Position numbers and translations under genes: made by a program. The notes below the pieces were generated by a model. It was not told the DNA's origin and did not search any database. It saw nothing but the letters and a program-made list of their open reading frames with translations. A stretch of 64,000 bases of DNA, taken from NCBI GenBank assembly GCA_964615175.1, contig CAZTOV010000003.1:3708-67707 (forward strand), given 5' to 3'. How positions within the stretch are numbered: the first letter of the stretch is position 1; each line of letters opens with the position of its first letter. Source of the stretch: an uncultured Burkholderiales bacterium (GTDB lineage: Bacteria > Actinomycetota > Acidimicrobiia > IMCC26256 > JACPCJ01). This document shows, in pieces, positions 11,357-21,743 of this stretch.

Positions 11357-12774
11357 GCGAGACCGAGGAACGCTCGCCGGGAGGGGCGGCACCGCGAGCC
11401 GGCGGGCCCGTCGACCCCTTCGACGCCAGCCCCACCCAACTGACCACCTGGCGGATCTTCGGGTCCTCCGACTACTTCCGGCTGTGGATGGCCCAGGTCG
11501 TCTCGTCGATCGGCGACTGGATCGGGCTGGTGGCGATCCTCGCCATCGCCGCCGACATCTCCGACAGTCCCGAGGCGGCCATCTCGTTGGTGATGGTGGC
11601 CCGCATGCTCCCGGGTTTCATCCTCGCTCCCCTCGGTGGCGTGATCGCCGACCGCATCGACCGCAAGCGGCTCATGGTGGGCGCCGACATCGGCCGGGCC
11701 GCCGTGGTGGCAACGCTGCCCTTCGTCACCACCCTCCCTATGCTGGTGCTGGCGTCGTTCCTGCTCGAGATCTTCACGCTCCTGTGGACCCCGGCCAAGG
11801 ACGCCTCGGTGCCGAACCTGGTCCCGGAGGACAAGCTCGTCGCCGCCAACTCGCTCGGGATGGCAGCGGGGTTCGGGACATTCCCGATCGGCGCCGCGCT
11901 GTTCGCGTCGCTCGCCGCGGTGGCCGAGACCGTGCGCGAGTCCGGTGTCGTCGACTTCGTACCGGTGAACCAGGAGTTCCTCGCCCTCTGGCTCGACTCC
12001 TTCACGTTCCTCACATCGGCGCTCCTCATCCTGACGGTCAGCCTTCCCCGAGTGGCCCGCCGTCCCAAGGGCGAGCGGCGCATCGACTGGATGCAGGCCT
12101 GGCACGACCTCAAGGAAGGGCTCGCCTTCATCACCTCGCAGCGGCTCGTGCGCTCGGTGATGTTCGGGCTCGGCGGGGGCCTCCTCGGCGGAGCGGCGGT
12201 GATCCCCCTCGGCCCCGTCTACGTCGAGCGGCTTCTGGGGTCCGACAGCGCCGGGTTCGGCCTGCTGATGACCGGCATGGGCATGGGCGCCGCGGTCGGC
12301 GTGATCGGGTTGTCCGCGGTGCAGCGGTACTTCCCTCGGGAGCTGGTGTTCACGGCAGCCCTGATCGGCTCCGGTGTCGCCATCGTGGCGACGGCGTCGG
12401 TCGGGGGGCTCACCTGGGCGGTTCCCCTTGTCGGGCTGTTCGGGCTGGCGGCGGGGGGCGGATACGTGGCCGGCTTCACCCTCCTGCACGAGAATGTGTC
12501 CGACGAGCTGCGTGGCCGCACCTTCGCCGCGCTCTACACCGTCATCCGGCTCACCATCGTGGTGTCCCTCACGCTGTGGCCGCTCCTGGCGGGATTGCTC
12601 GACTCGGTGTCGGCCACCCTGATCGACAAGTCGCTCGGCGGAATGTTCGTGCCCGGCGTCCGGCTCGCGCTGTGGCTCGGTGGGGCGATCGTGATCGTCA
12701 CCGGCGCCATCGCGTCGAAGGACGTCCACTACGCCCGACAGGAGGCGCGGGCCGCCTCCGGGGAGGACTCGTGA
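11353..12774 (+). CDS. MFS-type transporter
   Basis: 473 aa with about 12 hydrophobic segments. The GTG start overlaps the topA stop (GTGA at 11353-11356). Confidence 0.8.
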
Positions 12775-13391
12775 CCGGGCGCGGTCGCTTCATCGTGCTC
12801 GAGGGCGGCGACGCCACCGGCAAGAGCACCCAGGCGCTGGTCTTGGCCCGGCGACTTCGGGAACTCGGCCGTGACGTGGTCACCACCTTCGAGCCGGGCG
12901 CCACCGAGGTGGGGGAGCGGCTGCGGACGCTGATCCTCGAGGAGCAGCTCACGCCTCGCGCCGAAGCCCTGCTGATGGCGGCCGACCGGGCCCAGCACGT
13001 CGCCGAGGTCGTGCGACCCGCGCTCGAGCGCGGCACCGACGTGGTCAGCGACCGCTTCGTCCCCTCGTCGCTCGCCTACCAGGGAGTGGCGCGACGGCTG
13101 GGTGTCGAGGAGATCTGGCGTCTCTCGGACTGGGCCACGGGGCAGCTCGAACCCGACCTGGTCGTCGTGCTCGACACCCACGAAGACGTGATCCGCACCC
13201 GGCGTTCCGGCCCGTCCGACCGACTCGAACGAGAAGGGTCGGGCTTCCAACAGCGGGTGCTCCACGCTTACCGCGAGCTGGCCGATCATCATGGGTGGGT
13301 GGTGATCGACGGGCACGGCGAGATCGACGACGTCGCCGAGCGCGTGTGGAACGAGGTCGAAGCGGTGTTGGATGGCGGGGAATCCGCATGA
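12771..13391 (+). CDS. tmk: Thymidylate kinase
   Basis: C-terminal part of ORF 11175..13391. GTG 12771 overlaps the MFS stop (GTGA). P-loop FIVLEGGDATGKSTQ, then TFEPG and DRF..SSLAYQG. Confidence 0.9.
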   Translation: MTGRGRFIVLEGGDATGKSTQALVLARRLRELGRDVVTTFEPGATEVGERLRTLILEEQLTPRAEALLMAADRAQHVAEVVRPALERGTDVVSDRFVPSSLAYQGVARRLGVEEIWRLSDWATGQLEPDLVVVLDTHEDVIRTRRSGPSDRLEREGSGFQQRVLHAYRELADHHGWVVIDGHGEIDDVAERVWNEVEAVLDGGESA

Positions 13392-14503
13392 CCTCCGCGC
13401 CGGTCTTCGGCGACCTCGTCGGACAGGACCACGCCCTCGAGCTGCTCACCCGGGCCGTCGATCATCCCGTGCACTCCTATCTGCTCGCCGGACCCCCCGG
13501 GTGCGGTGTCGCCGAGGCATCGCGGAGGTTCGCCGCCGCACTGCTCTGCGACACCGGCGGGTGTGGTGAGTGCTCCACGTGCACCCGGGCGCTGCGAAGT
13601 CGTCACCCCGACGTCGTCGAGGTCGAGCCCGAAGGGAGCGAGATCCTCGTCGACCAGGCCGCCGACATCGCCGAGACCGCGTTCCGCTCGCCGGTGGAGG
13701 GGCCACGCAAGGTCATCGTCATCCACGAGGCCGAGCGGATGAACGCCGCCGCGGCCAACAAGCTGTTGAAGACGATCGAGGAACCGCCGGCCCGCACGGT
13801 CTTCGTCGTCGTGACGTACGCAGTCGACGAGCTGCTCGACACGATCCGCTCCCGCTGCCAGGTGGTGGCCTTCTCGGCGCTGACCGAGACGCAGGTGCAC
13901 GACGCCCTGGTCGCGTCCGGCATCGACAGCGGAGCGGCCGCGACCGCGGCCCGGCTCGCGGGCGGGCGTCTCGACCGGGCGCGCCTGCTCGCCGACGAGC
14001 AGCACGATCTCGCGGTGGCGTTCGCGGCTGCTCCCCGTCGGCTCGACGGTACGGCCGGAGCGGCTGCCGTGGTGGCCGGCGACTTGTTGGCGGCGGTCGA
14101 CGAGGCGGTGAAGGCGCTCGAGACCCGTCACCAGGCCGAGCGCGACGAACTCGACGCCGAGATCGAGCAGGCGGGCTACGACGAACGGATCGCGTCGCGG
14201 CTGCGTCGGGTGCTCACCCGGCGACATGACCGCGTACAGCGCCGCGCCCGCACCGACGCCCTCGCCACCGGCCTCGCCGTACTCGAAGCCGTCTACCGAG
14301 ACTCGCTGGTTGCCGGCTGGGCCGACCCGGTCGCCGGCGACGATGCCCCGGCGCTCTCACCCGACGCCGCCTTGGCTGCCCTCGACCACGTGGCCGCGAC
14401 CCGGGGCCGAGTGCAGGACGGCATCGTCCTCAACTGGGGCCTCATGCTCGAGCGACTGTTGCTGCATCTGCCGGCCGACCCCAGTGCGGTCGAGGTGGGG
14501 TGA
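13388..14503 (+). CDS. holB: DNA polymerase III subunit delta-prime
   Basis: ATG 13388 overlaps the tmk stop (ATGA). HSYLLAGPPGCGV, Zn-module CGECSTCTRALRSRHPDV, NKLLKTIEEPP, SRCQ. Confidence 0.9.
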   Translation: MTSAPVFGDLVGQDHALELLTRAVDHPVHSYLLAGPPGCGVAEASRRFAAALLCDTGGCGECSTCTRALRSRHPDVVEVEPEGSEILVDQAADIAETAFRSPVEGPRKVIVIHEAERMNAAAANKLLKTIEEPPARTVFVVVTYAVDELLDTIRSRCQVVAFSALTETQVHDALVASGIDSGAAATAARLAGGRLDRARLLADEQHDLAVAFAAAPRRLDGTAGAAAVVAGDLLAAVDEAVKALETRHQAERDELDAEIEQAGYDERIASRLRRVLTRRHDRVQRRARTDALATGLAVLEAVYRDSLVAGWADPVAGDDAPALSPDAALAALDHVAATRGRVQDGIVLNWGLMLERLLLHLPADPSAVEVG

Positions 14504-14543
14504 GGGGCACCGGTACACTCACCCGCCAGCCCGCCGACGGCTG

Positions 14544-14616
14544 GCCGGGATAGCTCAGCTGGCAGAGCAGCGCATTCGTAATGCGCAGGTCAGGGGTTCG
14601 AATCCCCTTCCCGGCT
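14544..14616 (+). tRNA. tRNA-Thr (anticodon CGU)
   Basis: Hand-folded cloverleaf. Acceptor GCCGGGA/TCCCGGC, D arm GCTC-AGCTGGCA-GAGC, anticodon arm GCGCA-TTCGTAA-TGCGC, T arm AGGGG-TTCGAAT-CCCCT, discriminator T. CCA is not encoded. Confidence 0.95.
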
Positions 14617-14634
14617 CAATGATCCTCTGATCTC

Positions 14635-14689
14635 GGGTGATGCTTACCTGAGCGCCATGCACAGCGCTCGGTGCGCGGATAACTGTGGG
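14635..14689. repeat. Left-arm repeat downstream of tRNA-Thr (recurs at 45199-45253)
   Basis: Ungapped alignment of 14635-14689 with 45199-45253 gives 49/55 identities, including a 32-nt exact run TGCACAGCGCTCGGTGCGCGGATAACTGTGGG (14658-14689 = 45222-45253). Confidence 0.85.
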
Positions 14690-14888
14690 TGTCCACCGGG
14701 TCTGTCTCGGAACTGCTCATTTAGGTGCGAGATGTCGGGGAGGAGGTGAGTCTGCCGGTGACGCAAATCCCACGAGAGGTATGCCGGCTCCGTGAGGCTC
14801 GCGCGCTTACGCAGTCGACGCCGCTGACCTCCGCGGGAGGACCTCCATCACAGATCGACGTGTTGTCGCTGCGGTACGGTCCCGGCTC

Positions 14889-15770
14889 ATGGGCCTTCGA
14901 GTCGGGGATGTTCACCTCCACGTGAGTGTCGACGGCGAGGGCAACGAGCCGGCTCTGTTGTTCTTGCACGGGCTGACCGACTCCAGTGCCGCGTCGCGGT
15001 GGATCGTCCCCCGGCTCGCCGATCGCTATCGGGTCGTCTCGTTGGACTTTCGTGGGCACGGTCGGTCAGATCGCGCGGCGGGGTACGTCACGCCTGACTT
15101 CCTGAACGACGCGGTCACCGCGTGCGAGCAGGTAGCCGGCGCCGGCTGTGTGGTGATCGGCTGGTCGTTCGGCGGGCTGATCGGCGCGGCCCTCGCCCAA
15201 CAGCGCCCCGATCTCGTGCGGGCGTTGTTCCTCGAAGACCCCGTGCTGGTCGACCCGGCAGTGCGGTCCGACCTGCTCGGCGACGATGGCGTCATGGTCC
15301 GCGACATCTTCGCCGGGGCAGAAGAGTTCTTCGCGCATGTCGCTCAGTGGCAGCGAGACGGCCTCTCGGTCGAAGAGGTGGCGTCTGTGCTCGAGTCGAT
15401 GACGAGCCCACTGGGCGTTCCCTACTCAGAGGCGTACTTCCCCGACTCCATTCGGGCCCTCGCCGAGGGCAGGCTGCAGTTCGACCTGGGCGCGCTCGAC
15501 GACTTCGCCACGGCGCGCTCGTCCCGTGACGCTGAGCTGGTGTTCGACCCGGCCCGTCCGATCGATGTGCCCGGACTCGTCCTTGCGGGCGACCCATCGG
15601 TCCCAGGTGTTCGAACCAGACCCATCGACATCGAACGTCTCCGCGCCACGAGCCCGAGGATCAACCACGAGACCATCCACGGCGCAGGGCATTTCATGCA
15701 CGCCGAGCGCAACTCCCGAGACACCTATTCAGAGGCACTCACGGCGTTCTTGTCGGGTCTCGACACATGA
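14889..15770 (+). CDS. Alpha/beta hydrolase
   Basis: 293 aa. LLFLHGLTDSS, nucleophile elbow GWSFGG, C-terminal HGAGHFMH. Confidence 0.8.
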   Translation: MGLRVGDVHLHVSVDGEGNEPALLFLHGLTDSSAASRWIVPRLADRYRVVSLDFRGHGRSDRAAGYVTPDFLNDAVTACEQVAGAGCVVIGWSFGGLIGAALAQQRPDLVRALFLEDPVLVDPAVRSDLLGDDGVMVRDIFAGAEEFFAHVAQWQRDGLSVEEVASVLESMTSPLGVPYSEAYFPDSIRALAEGRLQFDLGALDDFATARSSRDAELVFDPARPIDVPGLVLAGDPSVPGVRTRPIDIERLRATSPRINHETIHGAGHFMHAERNSRDTYSEALTAFLSGLDT

Positions 15771-16039
15771 ATTGAAGGAGATCGGCCGCCCGCGGACGTC
15801 TCGTAGGCTTGACCGGTAGAGGGCGTGCGCGGATCAGGGGCTGCTCTGGCGCCGACTGGCCATGATGGCGGGTTCACTCGCCTGTGCGTGTCGCCCACCG
15901 GTCCAGGACTTGTTCGTTCCTGGCCGTCGCCTGACCGCGGCCGGTCGGCGGGGATGGTCGGAGCGTCCGCCCGCTTCAGGGATTGAGCGTCCGCACGACA
16001 GGACCCGGAACGAGCAAGTGAGAATCGGGCTCAGTGGTG

Positions 16040-16058
16040 CCCCACGAGTTTCGTTCTG
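16040..16058. repeat. 19-nt direct repeat partner (CCCCACGAGTTTCGTTCTG)
   Basis: Exact 19-mer also present at 33298-33316. It lies in the 400-bp non-coding gap between convergent genes. Confidence 0.6.
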
Positions 16059-16172
16059 GGCGCTCCGCTCCGGGGTCCTGTGGTGCCCAGGGACCTCGGA
16101 TGTCGGCCGCCCGAACATTTCGATGCTCGGGCGGCCCGCTGGCGTTGACCTGCCTTGATCGACGTGGTCGAT

Positions 16173-17250
16173 CTATCCAGCGTGGGCGATGTAGTAGTTG
16201 TTCAGGATGTCGCCGTCGACGGTTTCGACCTCGATACGCGTAAAGCCGGCATCGGTGAGCATCTGCCGCGCCTTCTGTTCGCCCCACGCAGTCCCGAGAC
16301 CCATGCCGCCCTCAGCGAGCGACACAGTCATGCAGTGCATGGTCGACACTGAGTAGATGAAGGGGCCCAGGGGGTGCTCGACGTTGTTGGCGACATCAGT
16401 GTCGGCGGCGATGTCGACGCACAGGAATACGCCGTCGGGTCGGAGCGACTTGGCGATCCCGGCGAGCACGAGGTCGGGTCGCGCCTGGTCGTGGATGGTG
16501 TCGAAGGCGGTGATGAAGTCGTACCCGGTCGACCCATCGAGATCCGCGGCGTCGGCGACGACGAACTCGGCGTTGGTGAGTCCGAGGTCGCCGGCCCCGG
16601 CGCGGGCGGCGGCGATGGCGTCCTCGGAGAAGTCGATTCCGGTGAAGCGGCTCTCCGGGTAGGTCTGGGCCATGAGGTTGACGGCGTGGCCGGAGCCGCA
16701 GCCGATGTCGGCAACATCGATGCCCGCGGCGAGACGTTCGGGGAGGCCGTCGACGAGCGGCAGTGTCGTATCGATGAGGGTGGCGTCGAAGGTTTGGGCG
16801 CTCATCTCGGCCATGAGCTTCGTGAAGGTTGGGAACTCCGAGTAGGGGAGGCCGCCACCCTCGCGGAAGCAGGCGACAATGTCGTCCTCGACGTCGGCGA
16901 GCATCGATACCAGCTGCATGTGCGCGGCCAGATTGTTGGGTCCAGCGGCACGTGTGATGGAGAGCGCGTGTTCGACCGGAAGTGCATACGTGGCGTGTGC
17001 CGCGTCGTGCTCGACGACGCCTCCGACCGTCATCGCCCCCAGCCACTCACGCACATAGCGCTCATCGAGGTTCGCCTTCGAAGCAATCTGCTCACTTGTT
17101 GCCGGGCCGGTGCCGGACATGACATCGAAGAGCCCGGTGCGGTGGCCGATGCTTGTCATGAGGGCCAGGCTGCCACCGTTGAGGATCCGGATGACCTCTG
17201 CGGCGAACTCTTCCGCCCGCTGTTCGTTGACTGTGACTGCTGTTCCCATG
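16173..17250 (-). CDS. Class I SAM-dependent methyltransferase with N-terminal winged-helix-like domain
   Basis: Real gene is the C-terminal 359 aa of ORF 16173..18308, from ATG 17250 (MGTAVTVNEQ..). SAM motif VADIGCGSGH, then GIDFS. The upstream ORF extension is antisense to the TetR gene. Confidence 0.85.
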
Positions 17251-17270
17251 GGGAGCCTTCCTGACGTGTT

Positions 17271-17319
17271 TCTCCACTTGTAGAAATACTTGAACCCGAG
17301 TATTCTCCAAGTGGAGAAG
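17271..17319. promoter_or_regulatory. Candidate TetR operator in a divergent promoter region
   Basis: 11-bp perfect inverted repeat TTCTCCACTTG (17271-17281) / CAAGTGGAGAA (17309-17319), between the methyltransferase (start 17250, minus) and TetR (start 17355, plus). Confidence 0.5.
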
Positions 17320-17354
17320 GCTGTCAACCGTCCCTGACTGATCGCGAGGGAGCG

Positions 17355-17987
17355 ATGACCCTCCCCAAAGCTGAAGCCTCCTGGCCCGCTGCCGAGATCC
17401 CACGACATCCGACGGCTGAGGCGCTGGTGGAGGCGACCGAGCGGCTCTTGATCGAAGACGGCTACGCGGAGCTCTCGACGCGTCGTATCGTTGAAGCCGC
17501 AGGCCAGACCCACGGGTCGATCCGGTACCACTTCGGGAGCCTCGAAGCACTCATCGTCGCGGTGGTGGAGCGCAGCACGATCGGGATCACCGAGCGGCAG
17601 CGCGCGATGTATCAGTCGGACCTGCCCTTCCGGGCCAAATGGGAGCAGGCGATGGAGTGGTTCGAAGAGGACCTGGCCGCGGGGTACCCGAAGCTGCTCG
17701 CCGAGCTGTTCGCCGCCGCCTGGAACGTGCCCAGGTGCCGCGCCGGACTCCGCCGGACCATGGAGATCTGGGCCGAGGTGCTCGAGGAGGCGGTGGCCGG
17801 GGCAGCCGAGGAGTATGGCGTCGACGCCGACGATGACCTCGTTGCGGGCGTCGCCGGCCTCATCGGCGCGTCGCAGCAAGGTCTTTTGTTCCAGCGGCTG
17901 GCTGGGATCGACGTCGAGCACGAGGCGACCGTGGCGGTGGTCGGGCGGGCCATCGACCTGTTGGAGGAGAGAGGGGCGCAACGATGA
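17355..17987 (+). CDS. TetR family transcriptional regulator
   Basis: 210 aa. N-terminal HTH region LLIEDGYAELSTRRIVEAAGQTHGSIRYHFGS. Its stop overlaps the next gene's start (ATGA at 17984). Confidence 0.85.
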   Translation: MTLPKAEASWPAAEIPRHPTAEALVEATERLLIEDGYAELSTRRIVEAAGQTHGSIRYHFGSLEALIVAVVERSTIGITERQRAMYQSDLPFRAKWEQAMEWFEEDLAAGYPKLLAELFAAAWNVPRCRAGLRRTMEIWAEVLEEAVAGAAEEYGVDADDDLVAGVAGLIGASQQGLLFQRLAGIDVEHEATVAVVGRAIDLLEERGAQR

Positions 17988-20119
17988 GAGCACGGACTCC
18001 CGACGAGAGAGGCGTCCTCGATCGAGACGGCGTGAACGTCGCCTACGAGGTGCACGGTAGTGGGGATCCCGCCATCGTGTTCCTCCCCGCGTTCCCCGTT
18101 GCCGACGAGCGGCTGTGGAAGGCGCAGGTCCCGCACTTCGCCCGGCGGCTCCGCGTCTTGGTGCTCGAGCCGCGGGGCCACGGCCGTTCCGATCGGCCGA
18201 CTGACCCCGACGCGTACCGGCGCGAACACCGGGTAGGCGACATCGAAGAGCTGCTCGACGCGACGGGCACCGATCGTGGCGTCCTGGTGGCGATGTCGCA
18301 AGGGGCACCCATTGCTCTCCAGTTCGCGGCCGACCATCCCGAGCGAACGGTCGCGGTCGTGGCCCTCGGAGCGGCGTTGCCGCACGAGCTCGGTGTCGAG
18401 GCGGCCGACAACCTCCGCACCTTCGGTGTCGATGTCGACGGAGGACGCCCGTTCAACTTCGTATGGGAGAAGGACTACGAGAGTTTCGTCGAGTTCTTTA
18501 GCCGGATGGTTGCCAACCAACCTCATTCCAGCAAGATGATCGAGGATCTCACCGAGTACGCGCACGAGACCACCGCCGCGATCCTCACCGCCCACCAGAC
18601 GGGCGATCTGCGATCCCAACTCGAGTCGGACGAGACGCTCGAGGATCTCGCGGAGCGGATCCGCTGTCCCGTGATGCTGATCCACGGCACCGACGACGCC
18701 ATCGCCCGCGTCGAGTACTCGAAGCGTGCCGCTGAGATCCTTGGCGCGCGTCTCGAGATTCTCGAGGGCGTGGGTCACGGGATGCAGGGCCGCTACCCCG
18801 TACGGTTCAACAACCTGGTCGACGACTTCCTTGCCGAGGTCGTCTCCGGAGACCGGATTGGGGGAGCCGAGCCGATCGGTCGAGAGCGCCTTCCGACACC
18901 GCCCATGCGGCGATCGGAGGGCCCGCGGGTCCTCTATCTGTCATCGCCCATCGGGCTGGGTCACGCTCGCCGCGACCTGGCGATCGCCGACGAACTCCGC
19001 GCCCTCGTTCCCGGTGCACGGGTCGAATGGCTGGCTCAGGACCCCGTCACCCGGTTCCTCGGTGCCCGCGACGAAGTGATCCATCGGGCCAGTGGCGAGC
19101 TGGCGAGCGAGTCGGGGCACCTGGAGTCCGAGACCGACGAGCACGATCTTCACGTGTTCGAGGCCGTGCGGCAGATGGACGAGATCCTGGTGAAGAACTT
19201 CATGGTCTTCCTCGATGTCCTCCGCCGGGGTGACTTCGACCTCGTGATCGGCGACGAGGCATGGGACGTCGACCACTTCCTCCATGAGGAGCCGCATCTC
19301 AAGGAGACCCGCTTCGCCTGGCTCACCGACTTCGTCGGCTACCTCCCGATGCCGGCGAAGGGGGAGCGTGATGCGGAGCTCGCGGCGGACTACAACGCGG
19401 AGATGATCGAACACGTCGAGCAACATCCCGAGATCCGCGATGCCGCGATCTTCGTCGGCGAGCCGGATGACGTCATCGAGCTTCCGTTCGGCCCCGGGCT
19501 CCCTGCAATCCGCGAGTGGACCGCGCATCACTACGAGTTCAGTGGCTACGTGACCGGCTTCGACCCTGCCACGCTCCCCGAGCGGAACGAGCTACGAACA
19601 GAGCTGGGTTACGGGCTCGACGAAGTGATCTGTATCGTCGCCGTGGGTGGGTCGGGAGTCGGCCGCCCACTGCTCACCCGCATCCTCGACGCGCACCCAC
19701 TCGCTGCAGTAGAAGTTCCCGGGTTGCGGACCGTCCTCGTGACCGGCCCCCGCATCGAACCGGACTCGCTGCCCGACGTGCCCGGAGTGGACAAGCGAGC
19801 ATTCGTACCGGACTTACACCGGCACCTGGCGGCCGCCGATGTCGCGGTCGTGCAGGGTGGCTTGACGACCACGATGGAGCTCACCGCCGCCGGCGTCCCG
19901 TTCCTTTACGTTCCGCTCCTGAACCACTTCGAGCAACAGTTCCACGTTCGTCATCGACTCGAGCGCTATCGGGCTGGCCGCCCCGTCGATTACGCGTCGG
20001 CGACGCCCGAGTCTTTCGCCGAGGAACTCGTCTCCGCGATCGGCGTCAAGACCGACTACCGGCCCGTCATTGGAGACGGCGCCGCGAACGCAGCGGCCAA
20101 GATCGCTGCAATTCTCTGA
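17984..20119 (+). CDS. Alpha/beta hydrolase fused to a glycosyltransferase-like (GT-B) domain
   Basis: 711 aa. The N-terminal ~290 aa carry hydrolase motifs (AMSQGA elbow, GVGHG). The C-terminal part, LYLSSPIGLGHARRDLAIADEL..GGLTTTMEL, resembles MGT/GT28-type transferases. Confidence 0.7.
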   Translation: MRARTPDERGVLDRDGVNVAYEVHGSGDPAIVFLPAFPVADERLWKAQVPHFARRLRVLVLEPRGHGRSDRPTDPDAYRREHRVGDIEELLDATGTDRGVLVAMSQGAPIALQFAADHPERTVAVVALGAALPHELGVEAADNLRTFGVDVDGGRPFNFVWEKDYESFVEFFSRMVANQPHSSKMIEDLTEYAHETTAAILTAHQTGDLRSQLESDETLEDLAERIRCPVMLIHGTDDAIARVEYSKRAAEILGARLEILEGVGHGMQGRYPVRFNNLVDDFLAEVVSGDRIGGAEPIGRERLPTPPMRRSEGPRVLYLSSPIGLGHARRDLAIADELRALVPGARVEWLAQDPVTRFLGARDEVIHRASGELASESGHLESETDEHDLHVFEAVRQMDEILVKNFMVFLDVLRRGDFDLVIGDEAWDVDHFLHEEPHLKETRFAWLTDFVGYLPMPAKGERDAELAADYNAEMIEHVEQHPEIRDAAIFVGEPDDVIELPFGPGLPAIREWTAHHYEFSGYVTGFDPATLPERNELRTELGYGLDEVICIVAVGGSGVGRPLLTRILDAHPLAAVEVPGLRTVLVTGPRIEPDSLPDVPGVDKRAFVPDLHRHLAAADVAVVQGGLTTTMELTAAGVPFLYVPLLNHFEQQFHVRHRLERYRAGRPVDYASATPESFAEELVSAIGVKTDYRPVIGDGAANAAAKIAAIL

Positions 20120-20295
20120 CACCGCTCTGAGGGCGTGCCGGAAACCGCCTCCTGTCGAGAACCTTCTCAGGTTTGCGCCACGCGTTTGCCCCACCCGTTC
20201 TGATATTCGACGGCAGAATCGGGTAGGGAGCGGACCGTCGGCCGCTTCTAGGTCTTCCTGTCCGGGGGATGTCCTTGCAGGTCCGCCACTTTGTC

Positions 20296-21729
20296 GGCTC
20301 TCCGCGATGAACGCTGGGGCGCGATGGGTGGGTTCGCCGTTCCATAGGGGTCCACCACCCGCGCCGAAGGCCTCCGCATTGTTGCGACTGCCGAGTCAGC
20401 AACAACGAGGGAGGCCTCCGGTGATGATCGAACGTAGTGCGGGTGCGACCGCGCTCTTGGGACTCGACGGCTTCGTGGCCGGCGCCCAGGTCGAAGAGGA
20501 CGGCGAGGTGTGGATCCTTGTCGAGACCACCGACGACGTGGCGGGCTGCCCGTTGTGTGGGACGCGGGCGGTCGGCAACGGCCGCCGCACAGTCAAGGTC
20601 CGCGACCTGCCCGCGGGCGACCGTCCGGTGGTGTTGGTGTGGCGGAAGCGCACCTGGGTGTGCCCCGCTCCCGAGTGCCCGGTCAAGTGCTTCTCGGAGG
20701 AGACCGACGCCGTCGCCCCGCGGGCGTGCCTCACGGAGCGGGCCCGGGCGGAGATCTGCCGGCGGGTGGGCAACGACGGCCACTCGGTCGCCCAGACAGC
20801 CCGGGACTTCGGGGTGTCGTGGGCCACCGCGATGGCGGCGGTGATCGACTACGGCAAGCCCCGCGTCGACCATCTCACCGCCCTGGGGAAGCCCGAGGCG
20901 CTCGGCCTCGACGAGACGTTGTTCCTCACGGCGACCGCGACGCGTCCCACGCTCATGGTCACCGGGTTCGTGGACCTCGACCGGCACCGGCTCCTCGACG
21001 TCGTGCCTGGCCACAGCGCCCACGCGGTCACCGGCTGGCTCGAGACCAAGCCGCCGGTGTGGAAGGCCGGCATCCGAGTCGTGGCACTCGACCCGTTCCG
21101 CGGCTACGCCACCGGCATCCGCAGAGGTCTGCCGCGTGCCCGCCAGGTCGTCGACCACTTCCACGCCATCCGCCTCGCCAACCGGACCCTCGACGAGGCC
21201 CGCCGACGCGTCCAGAACGAGACCCTCGGGCACCGCGGCCGCAAGGGCGACCCCCTCTACCGGATCCGCCGGCTCCTCCTCGTCGCCCACGAACGGCTCA
21301 GCGACACCGGCTGGGAACGCATCGAGAACGGGCTACGCCAAGGCGACCCCTACGACGAAGTCGGATCCGCCTACCTCGCCAAGGAGCTGCTGCGCGAGGT
21401 CTACGCCACCACCTCACCCCAGGTGGCGAGGGCCCGCCTCCGCACCTTCGACGCCCACTGCCACGACAGCAGCGTCCCCGAACTCGCCCGCCTCGCCCGC
21501 ACCATCCGATCCTGGAAGGCCGAGATCCTCGCCTGGCACGACACCGGACTCACCAACGGGCCCACCGAAGCCACCAACCTGCTCATCAAGAAGATCAAGC
21601 GGGTCGGCCACGCGTTCCGGAACTTCGAGAACTATCGGCTCCGACTCTTGCTCCACTGCGGCATCCAATGGAAACCTCGCCGGGTCGCCTCAATGCGAGG
21701 CCGTAACCCAGCGTTGGTCGCGTAGAGCC
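20296..21729 (+). mobile_element. ISL3-family insertion sequence with 8-bp target-site duplication
   Basis: IRL GGCTCTCCGCGATGAACGCTGGGG (20296-20319) versus the reverse complement of the right end, GGCTCTACGCGACCAACGCTGGGT, matches at 20/24. Flanking direct repeat ACTTTGTC at 20288-20295 and 21730-21737. Confidence 0.85.
20424..21725 (+). CDS. ISL3 family transposase
   Basis: 433 aa from ATG 20424 (RBS GAGGGAGG). N-terminal Zn-finger-like CPLCG..VCPAPECP. The C-terminus (TNGPTEATNLLIKKIKRVGHAFRNFENYRLRLL) is typical of ISL3. Confidence 0.9.
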   Translation: MIERSAGATALLGLDGFVAGAQVEEDGEVWILVETTDDVAGCPLCGTRAVGNGRRTVKVRDLPAGDRPVVLVWRKRTWVCPAPECPVKCFSEETDAVAPRACLTERARAEICRRVGNDGHSVAQTARDFGVSWATAMAAVIDYGKPRVDHLTALGKPEALGLDETLFLTATATRPTLMVTGFVDLDRHRLLDVVPGHSAHAVTGWLETKPPVWKAGIRVVALDPFRGYATGIRRGLPRARQVVDHFHAIRLANRTLDEARRRVQNETLGHRGRKGDPLYRIRRLLLVAHERLSDTGWERIENGLRQGDPYDEVGSAYLAKELLREVYATTSPQVARARLRTFDAHCHDSSVPELARLARTIRSWKAEILAWHDTGLTNGPTEATNLLIKKIKRVGHAFRNFENYRLRLLLHCGIQWKPRRVASMRGRNPALVA

Positions 21730-21743
21730 ACTTTGTCGGGGCG

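Noticed and set aside
15924-15950. A possible third copy of the island right-arm motif (CCGTCGCCTGA.. as at 45128 and 60058)
   Set aside because: Only about 11 nt match before the similarity falls to background for GC-rich DNA. This is compatible with chance.
17251-18308. N-terminal 352-aa extension of ORF 16173..18308
   Set aside because: It is antisense to the TetR gene and has Arg/Pro-rich sequence. A good internal ATG (17250) starts the recognisable methyltransferase.
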